DNA from: Dehalococcoidales bacterium
GTDB lineage: Bacteria > Chloroflexota > Dehalococcoidia > Dehalococcoidales > CSSed11-197
Direction of reading: 5' to 3'
Assembly (NCBI GenBank): GCA_028717385.1
Contig: JAQUNW010000004.1
Span: forward strand, 4,756 to 68,755
DNA: 64,000 nucleotides
Part shown: positions 29,282 to 38,884 of the stretch, in pieces
Layout of the letters: every line of letters starts with the position of its first letter
Position numbering within the stretch: position 1 is the first letter of the stretch
Position numbers and translations under genes: made by a program
Notes under the pieces: generated by a model
The model's database searches: none
What the model was told of the DNA's origin: nothing
Seen by the model: the letters and a program-made list of their open reading frames with translations, nothing else

Positions 29282-29605
29282 ATGAAATTCGGCATAGGCG
29301 AAATTATTTTAATAATCGTTATTGCCTTTGTTGTTCTACTGGTAGTGCGCATAATTAAAATGGCGCAAATACCTGAAAAATCGCGACAATACCCCGAAGA
29401 GAATAACGAAGACGTCAGTCAGAAAGAATCGTCGCTTTCGCCACGTACGCGCATCATCCTGATAGGGATCCTGATTACAATTCTCGGAGTGGTGGTACTT
29501 TTTTCCAGTCTCAGTCTGATTAAATGGGTTTTCTGGGGGCCGATTGGCGCCATGATTGCTATGTTAGCTGGAATAGTAATTGTAATACTCGCCCGAAAGC
29601 GCTAG
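29282..29605 (+). CDS. hypothetical small membrane protein (2-3 TM)
   Basis: 107 aa with hydrophobic N- and C-terminal segments. I recognise no family. Confidence 0.5.
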   Translation: MKFGIGEIILIIVIAFVVLLVVRIIKMAQIPEKSRQYPEENNEDVSQKESSLSPRTRIILIGILITILGVVVLFSSLSLIKWVFWGPIGAMIAMLAGIVIVILARKR

Positions 29606-29606
29606 A

Positions 29607-29635
29607 TTGACACGTGAGAATGCCAGTGATAGACT
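29607..29635 (+). promoter_or_regulatory. candidate promoter of the nadK-GNAT-NUDIX unit
   Basis: TTGACA (29607-12), 17 nt, TAGACT (29630-35). Confidence 0.4.
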
Positions 29636-29668
29636 GCTTTTTCTGCATACTTTAAAAAAGGTGATTAT

Positions 29669-30505
29669 TTGAATATTGTTGGCGTTGTATACCATCCAAA
29701 AAACCAGGCTGCTCCGTTTGTTGCTGAAAAAACCGTCGCTCTTCTAAAGGAGCTCGGAGTTGAAACCTGGATGGTTTCCGCCTGGGATTCGATTGAGTTA
29801 CGCCGAAAAGCGTCGGAGGCTGAACTGATAATCACCGTAGGTGGAGATGGAACGATCCTTCGCACGGCTAATGCCATTATTCCGGGCACTACCTGTATAA
29901 CTGGCATCAATCTGGGAAGGCTGGGTTTCCTGACTGAGGTCAGTGCAGAAGATACCGGAGAAGCAATCCCAGCGCTAGTCAGAGGTGAAGGCTGGATTGA
30001 CGAAAGAGCATTATTACAGGCAGAATTGACTCTTCCTGGCGATGGTCCCGATGCACCCCGGCAACACTTCACAGCCTTAAATGACATTGTTGTAGCCAGG
30101 GGCGAAGTTACACGTATAATCCATATAGAAACCAGGATTAACGGCGACCTGCTAACCACGTATAGAGCCGATGGCGTTATCCTGGCAACAGCTACTGGCT
30201 CCACCGGATACGCCCTGGCGGCTGGAGGGCCAGTGATATATCCGAGCTCTCAGGATTATCTGCTTGTTCCAATCTTACCTCACCTCGGATTGGGCTACAA
30301 CATGGTACTCCCCGCAGATAGTGAAGTTCAGCTCCAAATTTTAAATACTCATATGGCAACCTTGAATGTCGACGGTCATACTTCCTGTTCGCTGCCAGAT
30401 GGCGCATCCATTACCATTCGTCATAGCCCACATACAATAAGATTCTTAAGAACACTGCCAAAAATTCCATTTTATAGTACTATTGAAAAGAGATTAAAAG
30501 TTTAA
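29669..30505 (+). CDS. nadK: NAD(+) kinase
   Basis: 278 aa with TTG start after AAAGGTGA. Motifs GGDGT(I)LR, NDIVV and ADGVILATATGSTGYALAAGGP are present. Confidence 0.94.
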   Translation: MNIVGVVYHPKNQAAPFVAEKTVALLKELGVETWMVSAWDSIELRRKASEAELIITVGGDGTILRTANAIIPGTTCITGINLGRLGFLTEVSAEDTGEAIPALVRGEGWIDERALLQAELTLPGDGPDAPRQHFTALNDIVVARGEVTRIIHIETRINGDLLTTYRADGVILATATGSTGYALAAGGPVIYPSSQDYLLVPILPHLGLGYNMVLPADSEVQLQILNTHMATLNVDGHTSCSLPDGASITIRHSPHTIRFLRTLPKIPFYSTIEKRLKV

Positions 30506-30967
30506 ATGGATCTAATACAAAAAGCCACCATCAAAGATGCTGCCCCAATACACCGCTTGGTAAACAACTTTGCCGACAAGGGAAAAATGCTTCCACGCTC
30601 ACTGTCGGAAATTTACGAAAATATTCGGGATTACTACGTAATACGCCAGGGTGACAACATAATCGCCTGTGGCGCCCTACATGTACTCTGGGAAGATTTG
30701 GCTGAAATAAAATCCCTCGCGGTAACCAGTGAGCACCAAAAACAAGGCTGGGGAGATAAAATTGTACGAAAATGCCTGGAAGAGGCGAGGTTTCTTAATA
30801 TACCCAGGGTTTTCTGCCTCACCTACTCACCGGAGTTCTTTTCGAAATGCGGATTTAAGCTGATTGATAAATCAGAGCTTCCGCAAAAAATCTGGGGGGA
30901 ATGCTTCAAGTGCCCCAAATTCCCGGATTGCGATGAATCGGCACTATTATTCACTTTCATGGAGTAG
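30506..30967 (+). CDS. GNAT-family N-acetyltransferase (short ArgA-like type)
   Basis: 153 aa. The acetyl-CoA binding motif Q.QG.G..IV is present. The ATG immediately follows the nadK stop. Confidence 0.8.
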   Translation: MDLIQKATIKDAAPIHRLVNNFADKGKMLPRSLSEIYENIRDYYVIRQGDNIIACGALHVLWEDLAEIKSLAVTSEHQKQGWGDKIVRKCLEEARFLNIPRVFCLTYSPEFFSKCGFKLIDKSELPQKIWGECFKCPKFPDCDESALLFTFME

Positions 30968-30971
30968 CTTC

Positions 30972-31502
30972 ATGCAGGAAATCACCATTGGTACCAACTA
31001 TGTTTATAAAGGAACAATACTTAACCTCAGGGCAGATATCGTTAAAACCGCTACAGGGCGAACTGCCAGCAGAGAAGTAGTAGAACATGTTGACTCTGTC
31101 GGTATAATTGCCCTCGACGAACAGGATAACCTGTTACTAGTAAACCAGTTCCGCTATCCAGCCGGGGAAAATCTTTTAGAAATTCCCGCTGGATGCATTG
31201 AGTCGGGCGAAAGTCCGGATTCAACCGTAATACGCGAGCTTCGTGAGGAGACCGGTTTTGAGCCGGGATACCTGAAAAAGTTGGGTGGATTTTACCTGGC
31301 CCCAGGCTATGCTAATGAGTATATGCATATATATATCGCACGCGAGTTAAGATATTCTCCTCTGGTAGCCGAGGACACCGAAACTATAGATTTAATCAAA
31401 AAAACATTGCCGGAGGTTGAAGAAATGATCAAATCCGGCCAGATTAAAGACTGCAAAACAATTGCAGCACTATTTATGTTTCTCAATAACAGTAACCACT
31501 AG
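30972..31502 (+). CDS. NUDIX hydrolase (ADP-ribose pyrophosphatase-like)
   Basis: Nudix box GCIESGESPDSTVIRELREETGF. I trimmed the start to the ATG at 30972 (MQEITIG..); the track start at 30864 lies inside the GNAT gene. Confidence 0.88.
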   Translation: MQEITIGTNYVYKGTILNLRADIVKTATGRTASREVVEHVDSVGIIALDEQDNLLLVNQFRYPAGENLLEIPAGCIESGESPDSTVIRELREETGFEPGYLKKLGGFYLAPGYANEYMHIYIARELRYSPLVAEDTETIDLIKKTLPEVEEMIKSGQIKDCKTIAALFMFLNNSNH

Positions 31503-31843
31503 CCCAGCTCCCCGGAAAGCTGTTTGCCGCCAAGTATATGCCAATGCAAGTGAGGCACAACCTGGCCTCCTTCTTCCCCACTATTGGTTACCAACCGAAA
31601 ACCTTTAGAGCTAATCCCGGCTGCAACGGCTATACGAGTAGCAATGTTTACCATCTGACCAACCACATTCACATCCTGTTCAGTCATTACGGCAATAGAC
31701 TTGATGTGCCTTTTTGTGATAAGTAGCAAGTGAACCGGAGCCTGTGGATGAATATCCCGAAACACAATAAACTGATCATCCTCATATATTTTATCGCAGG
31801 GAATTTCCCCACGGACTATTTTACAAAAAACACAATCTTCCAC
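31499..31843 (-). CDS. HIT-family (histidine triad) protein
   Basis: 114 aa. C.FC.I and HLHWHILGG motifs are present. Confidence 0.92.
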   Translation of the reverse strand: MEDCVFCKIVRGEIPCDKIYEDDQFIVFRDIHPQAPVHLLLITKRHIKSIAVMTEQDVNVVGQMVNIATRIAVAAGISSKGFRLVTNSGEEGGQVVPHLHWHILGGKQLSGELG

Positions 31844-31865
31844 GAATACCTCCGATTCTATCTAA

Positions 31866-32429
31866 TTACTCTTTATGCGAACAGCGATATTTTCCAGTTT
31901 CTTCCTGAAACAGGTCGCCCCCTTTGGAATCGTAAGCTACCACCGCTGGAAAATTCTCTACTTCCAGCCGCATGATTGCTTCTGCACCAAGTTCAGGGTA
32001 GCATACTGTTTGCGCCTTTTTAACACAATCGGCCAGTAAAGCTCCAGCACCGCCTAAAGTGACCAGATATACCGCTCGATAAGCTGCAATGGCTTGTTTG
32101 ATTTCCGCGGATCTCTCTCCTTTGCCAATCATGACTCGCAACCCTCTTTCAAGAAGAGGAATGGTATACCGATCCATGCGTCGACTTGTAGTTGGCCCAC
32201 AGGCACCGATTACAGATCCTGGTTGCGCAGGTGACGGGCCCATGTAGTATATGGTCTGACCGTAAAAGTCTATCGGGAGATCAAACCCGGAAGAAAGTAA
32301 ATCCACCAATCTCTTATGTGCTGCATCACGGGCAACATACATTACACCATCAATCAACAAACGATCCCCAATATGTAAACTACAAACCTGATACTCTGAA
32401 AGAGGGGATGGTACCTTGATCTGGCCCAT
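31866..32429 (-). CDS. class I (Fe-S) fumarate hydratase / L(+)-tartrate dehydratase, beta subunit
   Basis: Matches the Fe-S hydro-lyase C-terminal domain pattern (..GD.L.I.G..Y.ARDAAHKR.., ..GPTTS.RMD..). The start ATG at 32429 overlaps the alpha-subunit stop by 1 nt. Confidence 0.88.
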   Translation of the reverse strand: MGQIKVPSPLSEYQVCSLHIGDRLLIDGVMYVARDAAHKRLVDLLSSGFDLPIDFYGQTIYYMGPSPAQPGSVIGACGPTTSRRMDRYTIPLLERGLRVMIGKGERSAEIKQAIAAYRAVYLVTLGGAGALLADCVKKAQTVCYPELGAEAIMRLEVENFPAVVAYDSKGGDLFQEETGKYRCSHKE

Positions 32430-33280
32430 TAGAGCATCACCTCGGCATGTCGCGAGCTGTGGCATTGTAAGTTTACCGCTACCGGCAAGCTTGCCATATG
32501 GCAAGGAAATACAACTGCATGTACTGCCAACGCGGTAGACGTTCCACCCATTCCAAGTGGCCCAATTCCCAGGCAGTTGATCCGGTTCAGGATTTTTTCT
32601 TCAAGACATGCTAACTCAGGATCTGGGCTGGACTCACCTACAGGTCTTACAAGTGCTTTTTTGGCCATGAGTGCGGCTTTTTCCAGAGTCCCTCCTATCC
32701 CGACTCCTATTATTATCGGAGGGCACGGTGCTCCGCCTGCATTCTTGACAGTATCTTCAATAAAACTGATTATCCCCCCCTCTCCATCTCCGGGGGACAG
32801 CATTGAAACCCTGCTCATATTTTCCGCCCCGCCCCCTTTGGGCATCATGATAATCCGCAACCTATCTCCAGGCACAATATCATAATGGATAATTGGAGGC
32901 GTGTTATCTGCGGTATTAATTCTTTCCGAAAAGGGCTTGCAAACCATGGATTTTCTTAGATAACCCGCACGATACCCCTCTTTAACACCTCGTGTTATAG
33001 ATTCAGAGAGATTGCCCCCGTTAATGTGAACATCTTGTCCTATTTCAACAAAAATAACCGCTGCTCCGCAATCCTGACAAAGGGGAATGCTTTTTTCCAG
33101 GGATAAACGAGCATTATCAATTAATTGCAGTATAGTTTCCCTGCCAACAGGAGATTGTTCTTTATCAATACAATCTTGCAAAGCCTTGATCACATCTTCG
33201 CCCAACCGAAAGTTGGCTTTCAAACAGAGCTCCGCTACATTCTGTTCTATTTCGCTGGTGTTTATCTCACGTAGTGCCAT
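32429..33280 (-). CDS. class I (Fe-S) fumarate hydratase / L(+)-tartrate dehydratase, alpha subunit
   Basis: Matches the Fe-S hydro-lyase alpha domain (..CQDCG..., ..PKGGG.EN.S.., ..CPP..IGVGIGG). I placed the start at the ATG at 33280 (MALREI..). Confidence 0.88.
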   Translation of the reverse strand: MALREINTSEIEQNVAELCLKANFRLGEDVIKALQDCIDKEQSPVGRETILQLIDNARLSLEKSIPLCQDCGAAVIFVEIGQDVHINGGNLSESITRGVKEGYRAGYLRKSMVCKPFSERINTADNTPPIIHYDIVPGDRLRIIMMPKGGGAENMSRVSMLSPGDGEGGIISFIEDTVKNAGGAPCPPIIIGVGIGGTLEKAALMAKKALVRPVGESSPDPELACLEEKILNRINCLGIGPLGMGGTSTALAVHAVVFPCHMASLPVAVNLQCHSSRHAEVML

Positions 33281-33374
33281 CAGGTTAGATTTTAGCACTC
33301 TGAGGCTCTGGTTGACCAATAGAAACAAACTACTATTTTACCCATAACCGGTTTGAGGGGTATAATCACCTATT

Positions 33375-34172
33375 ATGGATGGGAAGGACTCTAGTTTAAA
33401 AAATGGCAAGCTTAGCCGTTTTGAAACCCTTGTCAATATAATAGCTCAATTGAGAGCTCCCGACGGGTGTCCATGGGATCGGAAGCAGACCCATCTTTCA
33501 ATTAGGGATTCCCTATTGGAAGAAACCTACGAAGTTCTCAATGCCCTTGACAATAATGATGCCGTATCATTGCGAGAAGAGCTTGGCGATTTGCTGCTCC
33601 AGATACTGCTTCATGCTCAAATTGCCCACGATAGCGGCGATTTCGACATATCACAGGTTATCAAATCAATCACAGAAAAACTTATCCGCCGTCATCCGCA
33701 TGTATTTGGGGATGTCAAAGCCAACAATATTTCCGAAGTACTTTCCAACTGGGAAGAAATAAAAAAATCGGAGCGTGGCGAAGGATCATCAATACTAACT
33801 GGTGTCCCCCCTTCTATGCCAGCTCTGGCTTATAGCCAGGCAATACAAAAAAGAGTAGCCAGGGTAGGCTTTGACTGGGACGAGGATAGCGGTGTCATTG
33901 AAAAGATTGCCGAAGAAGCCAGGGAAATGATCAATGCAGAAAACCAGGAGGAAAAAGAAAACGAATTCGGTGACCTGTTGTTCACCCTGGTAAACCTTGC
34001 CCGCCGCCAAGGAATAGATTCGGAATCGGCTCTCAGGCAGGCCAACCAGAAGTTTTACCATCGTTTTTCTACTATGGAACGACTATGCCGCGAAAGAGGT
34101 CTGGATCTGGCAAACATGAATTTTAAACAGCAAAACGAATTATGGGAAGAATCCAAAACACTGGTGGTGTAA
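33375..34172 (+). CDS. mazG: nucleoside triphosphate pyrophosphohydrolase MazG
   Basis: 265 aa. Tandem MazG domains are present (..CPWD..QTH.S....L.EE.YE...A.., ..EE.GDLLF..VN.AR). Confidence 0.92.
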   Translation: MDGKDSSLKNGKLSRFETLVNIIAQLRAPDGCPWDRKQTHLSIRDSLLEETYEVLNALDNNDAVSLREELGDLLLQILLHAQIAHDSGDFDISQVIKSITEKLIRRHPHVFGDVKANNISEVLSNWEEIKKSERGEGSSILTGVPPSMPALAYSQAIQKRVARVGFDWDEDSGVIEKIAEEAREMINAENQEEKENEFGDLLFTLVNLARRQGIDSESALRQANQKFYHRFSTMERLCRERGLDLANMNFKQQNELWEESKTLVV

Positions 34173-34173
34173 A

Positions 34174-34248
34174 TCGGGGCGAGTGGATTCGAACCACCGA
34201 CCTCAGCGTCCCGAACGCTGCGCGCTAACCAGGCTGCGCTACGCCCCG
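34174..34248 (-). tRNA. tRNA-Pro (anticodon CGG)
   Basis: 75-nt cloverleaf read by hand. Acceptor stem CGGGGCG/CGCCCCG, D stem GCGC/GCGC, anticodon stem CAGCG/CGCTG with loop TTCGGGA, T arm GGTGG-TTCGAAT-CCACT, discriminator A. CCA is not encoded. Confidence 0.93.
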
Positions 34249-34299
34249 TAAAGTTATTCAATATTATAAGAGCAAGAGGTTTTTTAAAGCAAACTTGAA

Positions 34300-35487
34300 A
34301 TGAAATACGTAGTATTAATACTGGATGGAGCTGCCGGTTTGCCCATACCAGCAAAGAAAAACAGAACCTGCCTTGAAATTTCTTCGACCCCTAACCTTGA
34401 CCAATTGGCCAGACACGGCCAGCTTGGTATGGCTGCCACAGTTCCACAGGGCATGGAGCCTTCAAGCGCTGTAGCCTGTATGTCGGTGATAGGTTATGAT
34501 CCACGAGAGTATTACAAGGGACGTGCTGCTATTGAAGCCACCAGTCTGGACATCGCTATCAGCGAAGATGAAGTTGTATTCAGATGCAACCTGGTGAACA
34601 CCGAAGGCGGTATAATGCAGAGCTACTGCGCGGGTCATATATCGACCGACGAAGCAAATGAGCTTATTAAAGCTCTCAACGAAGCTATTGGCAGCCGGAG
34701 AATATCTTTCTACCCAGGAGTAGGGTACCGGCACATCCTGAAGTTGAAAGAATACAACGAAACGCTTCAGGCAATCACCACACCCCCTCATGATATTTCT
34801 AACCTTCCCATATCTGACTATTTACCCAGAGGAGAAGGCAGCAAACTTTTACTCAAGCTGATCGAGGATTCAAAACTGGTATTAAAAAATCATCCGATTA
34901 ATACCAGGCGCCTTGCCGAAAATCAAATTACCGCAGACAGCATTTGGTTGACCTGGGGCTCAGGAAAACCTCCCAAGCTTCCATCCTTCAAACAAGCTTA
35001 TGGAAAAACTGCTGCGATAACCTCGGGGGTAGATCTGTTGCGCGGCCTTGGCAAGATGGTATCGATGGATATTCTTGATATTCCCGGAGTAACCGATGGC
35101 CAGGACAACAATTGCATAGCCCAAACTGAAGGTGCAATTGAAGCTTTAAACTATCACGATCTGGTAGTAATCCATTACGAAGCACCGGACGAAGCCGGCC
35201 ATGCTGGTTCAATTGAGCAAAAAGTTGCAGCCATTGAACAAGCAGATCGGGAAATGATAGGGAGGCTGGCCAACTTTCTGGAGAACCGTGGACGACTGTT
35301 GATAATGCCTGACCACCCCACTCCAATAGAGTTATTAACTCATACTTCTGATCCAGTTCCATATCTGATGTGGGGTAAAGGAATAGCTGTCGGTGAAGGA
35401 TGCAGATTTACCGAAAACGAGGCCAGACGCAGCGGTATAGTATGCGATCCCGGCTGGCAACTGATGCAAAGGTTCACCAAAGGATAG
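34300..35487 (+). CDS. apgM: cofactor-independent phosphoglycerate mutase, archaeal (ApgM) type
   Basis: 395 aa. It has the N-terminus MKYVVLILDGAAG of the metalloenzyme superfamily and ..EAPDEAGH.G.. plus ..PDHPTP motifs. Confidence 0.85.
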   Translation: MKYVVLILDGAAGLPIPAKKNRTCLEISSTPNLDQLARHGQLGMAATVPQGMEPSSAVACMSVIGYDPREYYKGRAAIEATSLDIAISEDEVVFRCNLVNTEGGIMQSYCAGHISTDEANELIKALNEAIGSRRISFYPGVGYRHILKLKEYNETLQAITTPPHDISNLPISDYLPRGEGSKLLLKLIEDSKLVLKNHPINTRRLAENQITADSIWLTWGSGKPPKLPSFKQAYGKTAAITSGVDLLRGLGKMVSMDILDIPGVTDGQDNNCIAQTEGAIEALNYHDLVVIHYEAPDEAGHAGSIEQKVAAIEQADREMIGRLANFLENRGRLLIMPDHPTPIELLTHTSDPVPYLMWGKGIAVGEGCRFTENEARRSGIVCDPGWQLMQRFTKG

Positions 35488-35491
35488 CTAC

Positions 35492-35851
35492 ATGGCAAAT
35501 AGGGAAGATGAATTTTACCGTCAAAACTATTATGGAGGCCATCCTCCCACTTGTACCTGTGTGAAGTGCACTGAAAAAAGGCTAGCCAGGGCAGCAAATA
35601 CACGATCCGCTGAGAGCTTCTGGTTAGTGACATTGATAGGGATATCAATCTGTGCTGCCATTTGGATGGTGTATCTGGTGATTCGCGGCTCTATTGATAC
35701 ACAGACGGGAATGGCATTAACCGCTGTAAACCTGAGCGTAGCAATTTGGGCGTTTTCTTACCACAGAAATCCCTGGGCAAGTTTCAGATCAGTGATAATT
35801 TCCTTGACAATTGTTATTTTCGCATTAATTATCACTGTTGCGTTATGGTAA
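35492..35851 (+). CDS. hypothetical membrane protein with an N-terminal CxCxxC motif
   Basis: 119 aa. A CTCVKC motif is followed by 3 hydrophobic helices. I recognise no family. Confidence 0.5.
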   Translation: MANREDEFYRQNYYGGHPPTCTCVKCTEKRLARAANTRSAESFWLVTLIGISICAAIWMVYLVIRGSIDTQTGMALTAVNLSVAIWAFSYHRNPWASFRSVIISLTIVIFALIITVALW

Positions 35852-36031
35852 CTATTAATCTTTTTTAGATTGAAGACCTGTTTCTCAACATGCATTGTCT
35901 TGATTTATCCGTAATACTGGAGTAATCAAGACAATCGTAGTACCATTAGAACCAGAGGCTCTTTCTTCATAACAGAGGAGCGGTTTAAGAATGCTGAATT
36001 GTTAAAAAAATCATGCTGGAAAACCGAATGC

Positions 36032-36061
36032 TTGTCAGCCTTAAAAGGCTTATTGTATACT
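36032..36061 (+). promoter_or_regulatory. candidate promoter with a palindrome in the spacer
   Basis: TTGTCA (36032-37), 18 nt, TATACT (36056-61). The spacer contains the palindrome AGCCTT-AA-AAGGCT (36037-50). Confidence 0.35.
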
Positions 36062-36096
36062 AGGCTATCATTATTACCGGCTGGGAGGAGGTAACC

Positions 36097-36321
36097 GTGG
36101 AACTTTTCTGCTTTCCGAAATGCCCTAAATGTGGTGATCAGGAGGGGGTCTTGGTGCCATTATCAGATTTTGGCTCAAATGGCGCTTCATTGCTATATAA
36201 AGCCTGGGTTTGTACCAACCCGGATTGTGGCTACAACCTTAAAATCAGAAACGGTGACATTTACATCAACGAACCGATTATGAACGGGGCTACTAACCAT
36301 CGATCCCGCCCCTCATCCTGA
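36097..36321 (+). CDS. hypothetical small zinc-ribbon protein
   Basis: 74 aa with GTG start after GGGAGGAGG. CPKC...x27...CTNPDC is present. Confidence 0.55.
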   Translation: MELFCFPKCPKCGDQEGVLVPLSDFGSNGASLLYKAWVCTNPDCGYNLKIRNGDIYINEPIMNGATNHRSRPSS

Positions 36322-36361
36322 CCTGGTATAATCATTATTACCAACCAGGGGTAGCAATAAG

Positions 36362-37054
36362 ATGATAACCCATCTGGGAACGATTAACCGGATGGTGCTT
36401 GACTTTCTATTTCCGCCAAAATGCACCAGCTGCGGGCGAGAAGGGAAGTATATCTGCGATGGGTGTTTGAACCTGGTGGTTCATGTCAAGCCTCCGGTAT
36501 GCCCTATTTGCATATTACCTGTTACAGGAAACCGGAAGTGCGATTGTCGTTTCTGGCAATCCCTTGATAGGCTCAATTCTCCCTATGTATTCCAGGGCAC
36601 GATAAGAAAAGCTGTTATCCAGTTCAAATTCCATAATCTGAGAGCTATAGCACCCTTCCTTGCCACATTACTATATCGTTATCTTGCCAGCAGGACAATT
36701 CCTTTCGATGTGCTGGTTCCCGTTCCTCTTCATAAGAAACGCCTACGGGAACGAGGTTACAACCAGTCTTTAATTCTGGCAAGAGAGCTCGGCAGGTTAA
36801 CCGGAGCACCGTGTGAGCCCGCCCTCACAAGAAATCGCCATACCCCATCACAGGTTGACTCAAATAATGCCAGCCAGAGACGCAATAATGTTAATGGGGC
36901 TTTTATCTGTGAACACAACACGGTTGAAGGGAAAAAGATACTTCTGATCGATGATGTAGCCACCACTGGCGCTACCCTGGACTCTTGCGCTCATAGTCTA
37001 AAAAAAGCTGGTGCTTCAACGGTTCAGGCATTAACTCTGGCAAGGGAAATATAA
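36362..37054 (+). CDS. comFC: ComF-family phosphoribosyltransferase (ComFC-like)
   Basis: 230 aa. An N-terminal double zinc ribbon (CTSCG..CDGC..CPIC) and the PRTase motif LLIDDVATTGATL are present. Confidence 0.88.
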   Translation: MITHLGTINRMVLDFLFPPKCTSCGREGKYICDGCLNLVVHVKPPVCPICILPVTGNRKCDCRFWQSLDRLNSPYVFQGTIRKAVIQFKFHNLRAIAPFLATLLYRYLASRTIPFDVLVPVPLHKKRLRERGYNQSLILARELGRLTGAPCEPALTRNRHTPSQVDSNNASQRRNNVNGAFICEHNTVEGKKILLIDDVATTGATLDSCAHSLKKAGASTVQALTLAREI

Positions 37055-37072
37055 AGAAAGGGACAAAGAAGA

Positions 37073-37630
37073 ATGGAAGTAAAAATCGTCAGCAAAAACA
37101 TTGAACTAACAGAGAAAACCAGGGCTTATATTGAAAAGAAGCTGAGCAAGCTTAAACGAAGGCTGGATGATATCAAGGAAATAAAGGTTGAAGTATCAGA
37201 AGAAAAAACCAAAGCCCAGAAAGACCGATACATTATCCGGATTGTCCTTGATTGCCATTCTACCCTTTTATACACCGAAGAAAGAGGTGAGTCCATCCAA
37301 TCAGCAATGGATAAGGCGCTGCCCATTACGGAACGTCAGTTTGAACGATGGAAGGGCAAGCTGGAGGATCGTGGTAAAAACGCCCTTCCGACTGGAGTTG
37401 CCATGGCTCCGGTTTCCGATTCCGAACATGTAGCTCCGACTGAACGAAAACCCATCGTTAAAGTCAAGCGATTTGCGATAAAACCGATGCCTGTTGACGA
37501 AGCAGCTGACCAAATGGAACTATTAAGACATGACTTTTTCCTGTTCACCAATTCGGAAAATAACAAGGTAAATCTTCTCTATCGCCGAAAGGACGGGAAT
37601 TACGGCCTCATTACACCAGAAACAGAATAA
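37073..37630 (+). CDS. hpf: ribosome hibernation promoting factor, long form
   Basis: 185 aa. It has an N-terminal YfiA/HPF fold sequence and a C-terminal dimerisation domain (..KRF..KPM..DEA..QMELL.H.FF.F.N......N..YRR.DG.YGLI.P). Confidence 0.92.
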   Translation: MEVKIVSKNIELTEKTRAYIEKKLSKLKRRLDDIKEIKVEVSEEKTKAQKDRYIIRIVLDCHSTLLYTEERGESIQSAMDKALPITERQFERWKGKLEDRGKNALPTGVAMAPVSDSEHVAPTERKPIVKVKRFAIKPMPVDEAADQMELLRHDFFLFTNSENNKVNLLYRRKDGNYGLITPETE

Positions 37631-37655
37631 TTACTCAGGTTTTGTTTATTGCGCT

Positions 37656-38147
37656 ATGCACACTTCCTGGGGGTGGGTTGGCATACTGTCTTCAGTTTAT
37701 GGCATCCGAAGGCTGACTCTCCCCCGGGACACCCGTGGCTTGGCGCTAAGTGAACTCGGAGATTTGAGTAATAAGAAGCTTGACCAGGACAGTTTCAGCA
37801 ATCTTGAGAAAAAACTTCAAGCTTACTTTAGTGGCGAGATTGTGATTTTTAATGAAATTACCGACCTTGCAGAATATCCTCTTTTTACACAATCTGTATG
37901 GCACAACACTCGCCAAATCGGTTATGGCCAATCAGCTTCTTACCGTGATATAGCTATTAAAGTGGGGAGTCCGAAGTCTTTTAGAGCAGTTGGACAGGCT
38001 CTCAAGCGCAACCCTGTACCTATAATCATTCCCTGTCATCGTATTATATGCAATAACGGGTCAATCGGGGGATTTAACGGAGGAACTACACTTAAAGAAG
38101 ACTTGCTCAAACTAGAAAAGGACGCACTGGTTAAAGCCAAGAGCTAA
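37656..38147 (+). CDS. ogt: methylated-DNA--protein-cysteine methyltransferase
   Basis: 163 aa. The active site IIIPCHRII is present. Confidence 0.92.
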   Translation: MHTSWGWVGILSSVYGIRRLTLPRDTRGLALSELGDLSNKKLDQDSFSNLEKKLQAYFSGEIVIFNEITDLAEYPLFTQSVWHNTRQIGYGQSASYRDIAIKVGSPKSFRAVGQALKRNPVPIIIPCHRIICNNGSIGGFNGGTTLKEDLLKLEKDALVKAKS

Positions 38148-38149
38148 AC

Positions 38150-38884
38150 TTAAGAGCCCGGAATATTTAACCTGATATACTCAGACTCCCACCGTTCTAT
38201 CAATCCATGCTCGGCAAAACTGTAATATCCTCTCTGTGTGATAATCAAATGATCCAAAATCTTTAACTGCATAAAAATAGCTGCAAAAACGAGTGTGCGG
38301 GTAAGATTTTTATCTTCCGGGCTTGGTTCAAGGGAACCTGACGGGTGATTGTGGGCAAATATCATAGCAGTAGAATGCTGCCTCAGAGCGTCTTCCATCA
38401 CCTCGCGAGGGTAGACTGCACTACGATTTACAGTTCCTTCGAAAAGTGTTTTTTCTTCTAACAGCCTGTTACGATTATCCAGATACAAAACCTTGAATAT
38501 TTCTTTAGGCCGGGAAGCGATGGCGACCTTAAGAAAATCATAAACATCATCCGGATTTGAATAACAAGCTCCCGAGTTAATAGTCTTATCCCGAACCAGG
38601 CGCTGGCTGACATCGCGTATCAACCGCAAGGCAATCGTACTTCTTTCGCCCATCCCTTCAATCTTAAGTAATTCTTCTTTTGGAGCTTCCAGAACGCCTT
38701 TAAGGTTTTTAAACCTTCTTATTGCTTCATGTGCCTGGGGCTTGCAATCCTTACGGGGGTAACCAAGAGTCAACAACAGTTCCACGATTTCGTGGTCCGC
38801 TAAACTGGAAAGTCCTCCATTTTCAAACCGCTGCCGCAGCCTTTCTCGATGATTATTCTTGTCTCTTTTTTTATCCGATTCCAT
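38150..38884 (-). CDS. radC: RadC-family JAMM protein (UPF0758)
   Basis: 244 aa. An HhH region and the JAMM motif HNHPSG are present. Confidence 0.9.
   Translation of the reverse strand: MESDKKRDKNNHRERLRQRFENGGLSSLADHEIVELLLTLGYPRKDCKPQAHEAIRRFKNLKGVLEAPKEELLKIEGMGERSTIALRLIRDVSQRLVRDKTINSGACYSNPDDVYDFLKVAIASRPKEIFKVLYLDNRNRLLEEKTLFEGTVNRSAVYPREVMEDALRQHSTAMIFAHNHPSGSLEPSPEDKNLTRTLVFAAIFMQLKILDHLIITQRGYYSFAEHGLIERWESEYIRLNIPGS

Noticed and set aside
34055-34354. 99-aa minus-strand ORF
   Set aside because: It overlaps the hand-folded tRNA-Pro (34174-34248) and the ends of mazG and apgM, so it is spurious.
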